64,000 nt of DNA from Candidatus Altiarchaeota archaeon (GTDB taxonomy: Archaea; Altiarchaeota; Altiarchaeia; IMC4; QMZM01). The notes beneath the pieces were generated by a model that was not told where the DNA came from, did no database searches, and was given only the letters and a program-made list of their open reading frames with translations. The stretch covers positions 38,545 through 102,544 of the forward strand of contig JAFGDV010000002.1 of assembly GCA_016931955.1 (NCBI GenBank), in the 5' to 3' direction. Below are positions 53,701 to 61,892 of this stretch, piece after piece. The position numbers and the translations under genes are program-made. Position 1 is the stretch's first letter, and each line of letters opens with the position of its first letter.

Positions 53701-55321
53701 ACTATTCAACTGGCTGGTTAAGAAAAAGGATGTGCCTTATACCTTTGCAGTGATTTTCCCAGGCAGTTCTTTCGCTATCTTGGGTGCTGTTTTAGGCGGC
53801 ATCATCCTACTCCGCCGAGCCGATTTCGAGTCTACTGGAACTGGGATGATATTCGTCCTCAGTCTTACCCTTCTGATGACTTTCGTCGTTTCGCGTACGC
53901 TTATAAGGGCTGGAGCTCTTAGGGTTTTTGGAACCATTTTAGGGGAGAGGAGAGAGTTTAGTATCCTTAACGACAACATAATCAGCGGCGTTATTCGTTC
54001 TGATGTATCTACCTCAACACTCTTGCAAGTATATGGCTCACTCACTCAATTGAATAATCATATGATGAGGATGCATCTAAGTGACATATGTGTCGTAGTC
54101 CCAAATGTTGCGGCAATAGAGTTCATTGCTAGCTGGTTTATCACTGGTAGCTTCCAGCTTACAAATACCTTAATGATACTTTTGGTCGGAGCCATAATAG
54201 CTGCCTTAGATATCATCTGCGATCTGCCGTTGTGGGAGCTGTCGATTTATCCGACCCGGAAGGGATGTAAGACCCTCTTAGCTGAGAGGGGCGTTCATTT
54301 CGAAGAAACCCACTTCATGAGCTTGAGGGCTAAGTCAAGATTCTTCATCATATTGATGGCTATTATATTGTTGGCTATGTGGACACTCGCTGAATCCCCA
54401 AACCTTGACCTCATAGTTTTTTCTATTATCATCTTATCCCTTACTGTCTTATTAAGCGATATGGTGTTCCAATCATTTTATAAAGCATTCGCTGAGGTTG
54501 AGGAATCCGCAAGAGACCTGGCGAAAGGCAACAAGGTCCTGTTTTTCTCAGGCAGCTCAGACAGGGAAATATTAGATTTGTCAAAGAGCCTGAACATCTC
54601 CGCCGACGAAATCTATTCCACCAGAAAAGAACTTGAACAAGAGAAGCTTTCCCTTCAAGAGAAGATAGATGAACTTGAAGAATATACATCAGTTACGTCA
54701 CATGATCTGCAGCAGCCGTTGGCGACGATCCAAGCCTACACGCAGCTACTTAAGGCTGCGGAAAAGGATGAAGTAAAAAAGAAAAACGTGGACGTAGTAG
54801 AGTCGCAGGCAAATTTCATGCGAAGCCTCCTTGAGGATCTGCTGAATTATTCGAGGATGAAGAAGGAGATGCCTTACGAGGAAGTGGATGTCAAAAAAAT
54901 ATTGGAGGGAGTTAGAGAACACCTCAACCCCGAAATAGAGAAAAAAGAAGCGGAGATAACATTCAGAGATTTGCCCGATAAAATCATCGCACAACGAAAG
55001 GCGATAACACAACTATTCCACAACCTCGTAGACAACGCATTAAAGTACTCAGATGAGAAACCAGTGGTGGAGATAGGCTGCGAAGAACGTGAGCAAGAAT
55101 ATGAATTCTACGTCCGGGACAATGGAATAGGAATAGAAGAACACTTCCACGAGAAGATTTTTAAACCATTCTGGAAGTTGGGTAAAGAACCCGGCACAGG
55201 AATGGGGTTGGCGATCTGTAAAGCCGTGGTAGAAAACCACGGAGGCAGGATATGGGTAGAATCAGAACCCTGGAGGGGGTCAACATTCAAATTCACAATA
55301 CCAAAGAAAAATGTTCTTTAA
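53690..55321 (+). CDS. Membrane sensor histidine kinase HK4
   Basis: SHDLQQPL, NLVDNA, DNGIG, GTGMGL. Confidence 0.92.
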   Translation: MFLRLFNWLVKKKDVPYTFAVIFPGSSFAILGAVLGGIILLRRADFESTGTGMIFVLSLTLLMTFVVSRTLIRAGALRVFGTILGERREFSILNDNIISGVIRSDVSTSTLLQVYGSLTQLNNHMMRMHLSDICVVVPNVAAIEFIASWFITGSFQLTNTLMILLVGAIIAALDIICDLPLWELSIYPTRKGCKTLLAERGVHFEETHFMSLRAKSRFFIILMAIILLAMWTLAESPNLDLIVFSIIILSLTVLLSDMVFQSFYKAFAEVEESARDLAKGNKVLFFSGSSDREILDLSKSLNISADEIYSTRKELEQEKLSLQEKIDELEEYTSVTSHDLQQPLATIQAYTQLLKAAEKDEVKKKNVDVVESQANFMRSLLEDLLNYSRMKKEMPYEEVDVKKILEGVREHLNPEIEKKEAEITFRDLPDKIIAQRKAITQLFHNLVDNALKYSDEKPVVEIGCEEREQEYEFYVRDNGIGIEEHFHEKIFKPFWKLGKEPGTGMGLAICKAVVENHGGRIWVESEPWRGSTFKFTIPKKNVL

Positions 55322-56894
55322 GTTATTCAACTGGCTGGTGAAGAGGGTTCCATATGTATTAGCTGTTTTACTCCCCGTCGACATATGGAGTGTATTAATG
55401 GGAGTTCCAGGCTTTGTCCTTATCTGGGTTCTCGAAATCGATTTAATGGGGAATACCACAACAGGAGGCCAGTTCATCTTTGTCTGGTTTTTCTTTCTTT
55501 TCCTTGCCTTCGTGGGGGCTGCTTTGGAGATGGGTATTCTGAGGCTCTTTGGAATAAAATTTGAGAGAAAACACATAAGGCCTCTTAACGAGAACATCAT
55601 TGATAATCATATTCGGCCGAATATTTCAACACCTGAACTTCAACAAGTTTACTTCGCCCTCAATAAGTTCGATAGGTGGGTGATAAAAACGCATATTAGA
55701 TATGTTTCTGCTGTCGTATTTTGTGACGCTTTTGTGATGGGTTTAATTACCGGCGACTGGGATCTTGCCCTCTTCATCTTCGAGGTCGCATTCCTCAGTG
55801 GTCCTTTGGCTTTGATATGTGGTATCCCTCTTTGGGAGTTGTTTGTGGCTCCCGTACGTAAGGAATGTAAGATGCTTCTACGTCAGAGAGGTGTGGATTT
55901 TGAGGAAAAGCCGTTCATGAGCTTGAGGATTAAGTCGAAGTTTTTCACTATCTTGGTTGGTTTTTCTCTTTTGGCGTTCTTAATTCTCCTCCGTTCCTGG
56001 GATCCTTTTTTTATAGTATTTACGATTATCATCTTACTTATCCTTGCTTTTCTAAGCGACTTGATATTTAAATCAATCTACTCCGCCTTCTTAGAAATCG
56101 AGGAATCTGCCAAGAATCTGGCTGAAGGAAAGAGCGTATCATTCTTTTCAGGCAGCTTTGATAAGGAGATACTTGACTTATCACAAAGCCTAGACGAAAC
56201 CGCTGGAGAGATAAGAGACTACCAGAAATCCCTTGAAGAAAAGATAAAGGAGTTGGAGGAGTACATGTCTGTTGCTTCACACGACCTGCAACAGCCCCTT
56301 GCTGCGATCCAGGCCTACACTCAACTTCTTAAATCGGTCGAAATGAACGAAACAGGTAAAAGGAATGTGGGAGTGATTGAGTCTCAGGCAGACTTCATGC
56401 GCGATCTACTGAACGATCTGCTGGAGTATTCTAGGGCGAAGAAGACCATGGAATACGAGAAAGTGAAGCTCAGAGAGGTCTTGGAAGAAGTCAGAGAACA
56501 CCTGAAAGTGCAGATACAAGAAAAAAACGCAGAGATAACACTCAAAGACATACCTGAAACAATAACAGGACAACCTAAAAGAATCAGTCAATTATTCCTG
56601 AACCTCATAAGCAACGCAATAAAATACACCGAAGGAAAGCCAGTGGTTGAGGCAGGCTGCGTGGAGAGAGAGGAGGAATATGAATTCTGGGTGAAGGACA
56701 ATGGTATAGGAATCGAAGAGAAATACTTCAACAAAATATTCAAACCCTTCTGGAAACTGGGAAAAGAACCCGGAACCGGAATGGGGTTGGCGATCTGCAA
56801 AGCCGTGGTCGAAAACCACGGAGGCAGAATCTGGATAGAATCAGAACCAGGAAAAGGCTCAACATTCAAATTCACAATAGAGAAGAGGAGTTAA
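55311..56894 (+). CDS. Membrane sensor histidine kinase HK5
   Basis: SHDLQQPL, NLISNA, DNGIG, GTGMGL. Confidence 0.92.
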   Translation: MFFKLFNWLVKRVPYVLAVLLPVDIWSVLMGVPGFVLIWVLEIDLMGNTTTGGQFIFVWFFFLFLAFVGAALEMGILRLFGIKFERKHIRPLNENIIDNHIRPNISTPELQQVYFALNKFDRWVIKTHIRYVSAVVFCDAFVMGLITGDWDLALFIFEVAFLSGPLALICGIPLWELFVAPVRKECKMLLRQRGVDFEEKPFMSLRIKSKFFTILVGFSLLAFLILLRSWDPFFIVFTIIILLILAFLSDLIFKSIYSAFLEIEESAKNLAEGKSVSFFSGSFDKEILDLSQSLDETAGEIRDYQKSLEEKIKELEEYMSVASHDLQQPLAAIQAYTQLLKSVEMNETGKRNVGVIESQADFMRDLLNDLLEYSRAKKTMEYEKVKLREVLEEVREHLKVQIQEKNAEITLKDIPETITGQPKRISQLFLNLISNAIKYTEGKPVVEAGCVEREEEYEFWVKDNGIGIEEKYFNKIFKPFWKLGKEPGTGMGLAICKAVVENHGGRIWIESEPGKGSTFKFTIEKRS

Positions 56895-56937
56895 GCTATT
56901 TATAGGATAAACCCCAATAAAATATATTCTACTCAGA

Positions 56938-57318
56938 ATGGAATCGAAGGTCCTCATAATAACATTGGTAGTCGACGACTATGCTCCGCTGAGGGAAGCT
57001 GCTGTCGAGATCTTGAGGTCGAAGGGTTTCAGAAACATCTTTGAGGCGGAAACCCCTGAGGAAGGTATGGATTTGGTCAGAGAACATAAACCCGACCTCG
57101 TCATCTTGGACATAATCATGCCTAGTATAAGGGGGATAGATCTGATAGACGACGTCAAAAAGATTAGTCCAGAAACCAAGGTGGTGATGTTGAGCGTTTT
57201 AAGCGGAGAAGCCACCATACAGGAGTCAATGACTAAGGGAGCTGACCTCTATCTGGTGAAACCCTTGACTCCAACAAAAGTCGACGAGATCAAGAAAGTG
57301 CTTAGGGTACAAACATAA
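56938..57318 (+). CDS. Single-domain response regulator (paralogue of 49991)
   Basis: VVDDYAPLRE, ILDIIMP, YLVKPL. Confidence 0.9.
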   Translation: MESKVLIITLVVDDYAPLREAAVEILRSKGFRNIFEAETPEEGMDLVREHKPDLVILDIIMPSIRGIDLIDDVKKISPETKVVMLSVLSGEATIQESMTKGADLYLVKPLTPTKVDEIKKVLRVQT

Positions 57319-57331
57319 CATTTCCCCTGCA

Positions 57332-57862
57332 TCATTTTTTATCGCATACGTAGATGTTCACGCCCTCAATTGAGTTTTTACTGTATTTGCCGAGTTTTTT
57401 TAGCTCAGACTCCAGCCACCTGAAGTCGACCATCTCATACCCAGAGGGATGTGTTTTCTTGAATCTCGTAGCCGAGTAGTCTGCTATCACCACCTTCTCC
57501 CTCGCGACCCTGAACATTTCTCGGACGCATTTCCCTCGGTCTTCAGAGGCGATGTGGTGAAGCGCTCCATAGCATATCACTGCATCAAATGAGTCGTCAG
57601 GATAGGATAGGGAGGTAACGTCCCCTCTCTTGAAGTCTATTCCACGTATCTCGGACGCTTCGGCCTTCTTCTTATACCTCAGAAGCCTTTTATCGTCTAA
57701 GTCTATGGAGGTTACCTTGCAGCCGTAGTCTCTGACTGCGATGAATGCCAGAGGCCCGGCCCCAATATCCAACACGCTCTTGTTCCATAAATCCGCCTCC
57801 CTGAGGACCACAGCCCTCAACCTGAGTCTCTCTTCCTCATCCATTTCACGGCTAAAATCCAA
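57332..57862 (-). CDS. Class I SAM-dependent methyltransferase
   Basis: VLDIGAG motif I, SIDLD, GDVTSLSYPDDSFDAV, ALHH. Confidence 0.88.
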   Translation of the reverse strand: MDFSREMDEEERLRLRAVVLREADLWNKSVLDIGAGPLAFIAVRDYGCKVTSIDLDDKRLLRYKKKAEASEIRGIDFKRGDVTSLSYPDDSFDAVICYGALHHIASEDRGKCVREMFRVAREKVVIADYSATRFKKTHPSGYEMVDFRWLESELKKLGKYSKNSIEGVNIYVCDKK

Positions 57863-59573
57863 GCAAGATAATCCTCAGTATTCCGCCGACCAGAAACGCG
57901 GTGCTTACCATGATCAATGCAGACTCTATCGTATCCCGCAACCCTAACTCCTTGAATAGAGTTGCAAAGGATGCCGCGCAAGGGAAGTACATTGTAAGCA
58001 CTACGGCGGTTACGACAAACTGCTCCGGCGTCATCATGCCGCTTATCCTTGGACTGAGCAGCATTCCAACGGCAAGGTCCTTTCTCAGGAATCCAGCAAG
58101 GAGGACGACCACCACCTCCCGCGGAAGACCGAACCATGACTCAACGAGTGGTGCGAAGATTCCCCCTATCAAATCAAGGAATCCTAGGGTATAGAGCATA
58201 TTCACGAGGAAGATCCCGAAGAACAGCCAGGGGATCGCATCCGCCAGAAACCACTTAACCCTTAAGAGTGTCTTCTTCAGGAGGGTTTTCAAACTTGGTC
58301 TCCGGTAGGGTGGGACCTCGAGGAATATTTCAGGGCATTCCCCTTGTACGAATCTGTTCATGATAAGGCCTCCTATGACGTAGACTAGTATCAGTGTAAT
58401 GAATATTAGGTACAGGTACTCAACCCTGTCGCCAAGTATTGCGAAGATCATGGCAGTCTGCCCCATACACGGAACCGCTATAGCCATAAGAGTTGCCGCA
58501 ATAAACCGCTGCTTTCTTGTTTCAAGAGTTCTTGTCGCGATTATCCCTGGAACGTTACAACCAAGACCCAGGAATACTGGAACGATTCCATGACCGTGCA
58601 TCCCAAGGCGATGGAATATATTGTCCATCAGGGTAGCGAGCCTCGGCAGATACCCAGAGTCCTCCAAAACAGAGAGCATGAAATAGAACGCTACGATATA
58701 TGGCAGAATGACTGCGAAGGGTACGTAAAGCCCCGTAGTCAGCAGGCCAAGAGACTCCATAAAATCTATTCCCCCCCCAGATAGTTCCCCAACAAGTATA
58801 TAGTGCAGGGGTGTGCCATAACCCAGCAGTAGGCTTAATTGCATAACCAGTGGCTTGTATAGTTCAAAAATCGGATCAAAGAGGATGCTCTTTAAGCCCT
58901 CCCCCACCAACGCAACCATCATGAATGTTACGGCGAGCACTGCGAGGGCGAATGGTACACCCGTCAGTGGTCTTATGGTCGCATCCGCGATTCTCTCTCC
59001 GATGGTGTGATGCCTGTGTCTCACCACCTGCACCTCTTTGACGATCTTGCCTATGTCCACCCATCTATCGTCGCGCGTGTGTTTTTTGACATCCGGCGAC
59101 TTCGCCTCAGAGATCCTTGAAACCAGTTCCTTGATGCCTTCACCGGTCACCGCCACCGTTGGGATGACCGGGATGCGGAGTATTTCCTCCAGTTTTTCTC
59201 TGTCTATTTCGATACCTAGATGCTTGGCTTCATCCCACATGTTCAGGGCCACTATCAGAGGGATGTCCAACTCCAACAGCTCCAAGGTCAGGTAGAGATT
59301 CCTCTCCAGATTTGTTGAGTCAACGACGTTTATGACCACGTCGGCTTCCTTTATCATCTGTGCTGTGACTTCCTCTACCTTCGACCTGGGCTCTAGGGAA
59401 TAAGTTCCTGGTGTGTCTATCAGCTCGGATGTTTCTTCGCCTATGCGCATACTCCCATTCGTGTATTCCACCGTGGTCCCTGGGTAGTTGGAGACTACAA
59501 CGTCTACGCCAGTCAGCCTGGAGAACACAACCGATTTACCCACGTTCGGGTTTCCTACTAGGAGTATCTTCAT
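57852..59573 (-). CDS. feoB: Ferrous iron transporter FeoB
   Basis: GNPNVGKS, NYPGTTVE, DTPG, NMWD, GLGCNVP gate; start reassigned to ATG 59573. Confidence 0.95.
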   Translation of the reverse strand: MKILLVGNPNVGKSVVFSRLTGVDVVVSNYPGTTVEYTNGSMRIGEETSELIDTPGTYSLEPRSKVEEVTAQMIKEADVVINVVDSTNLERNLYLTLELLELDIPLIVALNMWDEAKHLGIEIDREKLEEILRIPVIPTVAVTGEGIKELVSRISEAKSPDVKKHTRDDRWVDIGKIVKEVQVVRHRHHTIGERIADATIRPLTGVPFALAVLAVTFMMVALVGEGLKSILFDPIFELYKPLVMQLSLLLGYGTPLHYILVGELSGGGIDFMESLGLLTTGLYVPFAVILPYIVAFYFMLSVLEDSGYLPRLATLMDNIFHRLGMHGHGIVPVFLGLGCNVPGIIATRTLETRKQRFIAATLMAIAVPCMGQTAMIFAILGDRVEYLYLIFITLILVYVIGGLIMNRFVQGECPEIFLEVPPYRRPSLKTLLKKTLLRVKWFLADAIPWLFFGIFLVNMLYTLGFLDLIGGIFAPLVESWFGLPREVVVVLLAGFLRKDLAVGMLLSPRISGMMTPEQFVVTAVVLTMYFPCAASFATLFKELGLRDTIESALIMVSTAFLVGGILRIILLGF

Positions 59574-59574
59574 C

Positions 59575-59799
59575 TTACAGCCTCTCCACAAGGACCTTCA
59601 TCGCCATGCCTCTGCCTATTGTGATGGTCATGTTGTCCACCTTTATCACAATCGGCCCCCCGAGTGGTTGTATGGCCAGGGTCTCAACCACTTTGCCCTT
59701 TCTGACACCCATCGTTTCCAGATTCCTTTGGAACCCATGGCCGCCTTCGAATCCTATAATCCGCCCTCTCTCCTTTCTTCTTAGATCAGTGAGCCTCAT
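59575..59799 (-). CDS. feoA: FeoA
   Basis: LETMGVRKG, PLGGPI, IGRGMA; start reassigned to ATG 59799. Confidence 0.92.
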   Translation of the reverse strand: MRLTDLRRKERGRIIGFEGGHGFQRNLETMGVRKGKVVETLAIQPLGGPIVIKVDNMTITIGRGMAMKVLVERL

Positions 59800-60211
59800 T
59801 TTCACAGTAGCTCCTGAAATCTTCAATCAATTTTGGGTGCTTTGACGGGTCGATAAAGTCTACGAACCTCTTCAACTGTTCAATGGTCTCTGGACTCAGC
59901 TCGTGTTCAATCCTGCATGCGTCCTTTTCGGCGGTTTTGTCTGAGACTTGGATGATCCTAAGGAGCTTTCTTATGGTGTTGTGTCTCTTCTTAACTGACT
60001 TGGCTATCTTCTCGCCTTCAGTCGTTAATGTAACCCCGCCGTATCTCTTGTAATCCACAAGGTCTTTTTCATCCAACTTCCTGAGCATCTCTGTAACGCT
60101 GGGTGAGCTGATCCCAAGTTCACTGGATATGTCTTTTGTCCTTGCGTGCCCTTTTTTCTGTGCGATGCCCAGTATCACCTCCAGATAGTCTTCGATTGCT
60201 TGAGAGTACAT
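59786..60211 (-). CDS. DtxR/MntR family metal-dependent repressor
   Basis: EDYLE, PSVTEML, RHNTI, DACRIEH. Confidence 0.93.
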   Translation of the reverse strand: MYSQAIEDYLEVILGIAQKKGHARTKDISSELGISSPSVTEMLRKLDEKDLVDYKRYGGVTLTTEGEKIAKSVKKRHNTIRKLLRIIQVSDKTAEKDACRIEHELSPETIEQLKRFVDFIDPSKHPKLIEDFRSYCENEAH

Positions 60212-60229
60212 TTTAGGCTGACCTAAAAT
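60210..60229. promoter_or_regulatory. Palindromic DtxR-type operator overlapping the start of the dtxR-feoAB operon
   Basis: ATTTTAGG-CTGA-CCTAAAAT perfect 8-bp arms; minus-strand TATA (TTTTATAT) at 60245-60252. Confidence 0.75.
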
Positions 60230-60254
60230 AATAAGGTAAGTCCAATATAAAAAT

Positions 60255-61529
60255 CTAACACCTCAGCCTATCAAATAACTGCCTCAAGGTGTCCTCATCA
60301 GATTCAGTGAAAGAAAAAGGTGGCTCGACGAATTTCTTCAACGGCAACGGCACATTATCCAACCTATAGATAGTGCCACTAGACTCCATTCCAGCCACGA
60401 CACCTGGGAGAACAACATCACTAAACAATGCTGTGGGACATTGAGATACGTTAACTGATACAATAGGAATCCCCTTCATAAAGCGGACAACATCCCTCGG
60501 CATATGGGCTACCAGATCCGCCGCCACGATAAGCATAGCATCCACCTCCCCCCTCCGCAGAAGATCGACCGTCGTATATTCCCCCGGATTGTATCTAGGA
60601 TACCCCCTGCTATAGTCTACCCCAAACGGGTAACCTGACGCTGAAGTCATTGCCTGGATGAAACCTGAAACGTTCCCATGCCCCAGATTAGGGATTATGA
60701 CAAATCTTGTGAACCTGTTAAGGTCTCTCACCAACTTCATCAATCGTTCGAGGTTCCTGTATTTCCCAAGAGAGCTGGCAAGACCCAATCCGATGAAGAC
60801 CGCACCGAATTCACAGTTCTTCATCAAGTCAGCCAGCTCATAGATGGTTTCTCTTCCTACACCTGCAACATCCCCTCCCACATCATTCCCCTTCAGTATC
60901 GCCATAACGGCAGACATCAGCTCATAGTCTTTGTTGGGATCCACCTGAACGTGCAGGTCAGCGATTTCTGCAGTCTTCGTCTTCCTCGGATCAACGACCA
61001 CAAGCTTTCTGTCCCTTCTCCCGCCTTTCCTGAAACGACCCTCTGGGAACAGGGAATATCTGCTGAGGTGTCTCAGATGCGACTGTAGGGGATTAGCGCC
61101 CCAGAAGACAACCAGATCAGCCCTGTTCCTGACCTCTCCGAGGGTCGAGGAAGGCATGCCAGCCTCTTGGATACCCATTATCATAGGCCCCTCGCACAAA
61201 GTTGGGTGACTGTCTACAACGCCGCCCAGGTATTCTGCGATCCTTATTCCCTGACGCATGGTCTCGGTTGACGTTACAGAGCCGATGAATATGAGAGGAT
61301 GCTCCGCATTCTTCAGGATTTTAGCAGCCTTATCCAGCGCCTGATCCCAATCAACGTGAACACCACCTACCAGCGGCTCCTTTATCCTGTCCTCGTTGGT
61401 GAGTTCCTGGAACCTCGCTCTTCCGAGAGCGCACGCGTTTTTTACCTTGATTTCTCCACCCACAAGCCCCACTTCTATGTCGTCACATACCGCGCCACAG
61501 ACGCAGCAGACCACGTTCCTGTGTTTCAT
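60255..61529 (-). CDS. fwdB: Formylmethanofuran dehydrogenase subunit B (divergent active-site residues)
   Basis: CCVCGAVCDD cluster, TLGEVRNRADLVVFWG, GYPFGVDYSRGYPRYNPGE. Confidence 0.92.
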   Translation of the reverse strand: MKHRNVVCCVCGAVCDDIEVGLVGGEIKVKNACALGRARFQELTNEDRIKEPLVGGVHVDWDQALDKAAKILKNAEHPLIFIGSVTSTETMRQGIRIAEYLGGVVDSHPTLCEGPMIMGIQEAGMPSSTLGEVRNRADLVVFWGANPLQSHLRHLSRYSLFPEGRFRKGGRRDRKLVVVDPRKTKTAEIADLHVQVDPNKDYELMSAVMAILKGNDVGGDVAGVGRETIYELADLMKNCEFGAVFIGLGLASSLGKYRNLERLMKLVRDLNRFTRFVIIPNLGHGNVSGFIQAMTSASGYPFGVDYSRGYPRYNPGEYTTVDLLRRGEVDAMLIVAADLVAHMPRDVVRFMKGIPIVSVNVSQCPTALFSDVVLPGVVAGMESSGTIYRLDNVPLPLKKFVEPPFSFTESDEDTLRQLFDRLRC

Positions 61530-61891
61530 CGTCTGATCAGCTCCACTAGATCCAAGACATCCTCCTCAGTTCCCTCTACCTCAGCCCCCATGCCTTTATA
61601 GAAGGGCGAACCTGTCTCAAATGTGTTGGAGCTTATCACCGTGTTAGCCCAAGGCCCCCGAGGCATGAACACATGACCTTCCCTGATTCCTTTATCCTGT
61701 CGAGCATAGACCACGACTTCCCCACAGTCTGTGGAAACCTTTACCTTCCTTGGATCAGACAATCGCCTCAAATCAGCCGAGTTCATGAAGCAGACTGCGG
61801 CCTTTTCTTTATACTCCTCAGTCATCTTTTTGCCGCCCTTGGCCGCAATACCCTGGTCCAATGTGGATCCTGTATTCAGTACAAACTTCAT
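61526..61891 (-). CDS. fwdD: Formylmethanofuran dehydrogenase subunit D
   Basis: LNTGSTLDQG, VFMPRGPWAN, GSPFYKG; start reassigned to ATG 61891. Confidence 0.9.
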   Translation of the reverse strand: MKFVLNTGSTLDQGIAAKGGKKMTEEYKEKAAVCFMNSADLRRLSDPRKVKVSTDCGEVVVYARQDKGIREGHVFMPRGPWANTVISSNTFETGSPFYKGMGAEVEGTEEDVLDLVELIRR

Positions 61892-61892
61892 T

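Noticed and set aside
48403-56894. Diversity-generating retroelement behind the repeated kinase 3' ends
   Set aside because: No reverse transcriptase in the window. Differences between copies are mostly synonymous and not confined to adenines, and the repeats lie in conserved catalytic cores.
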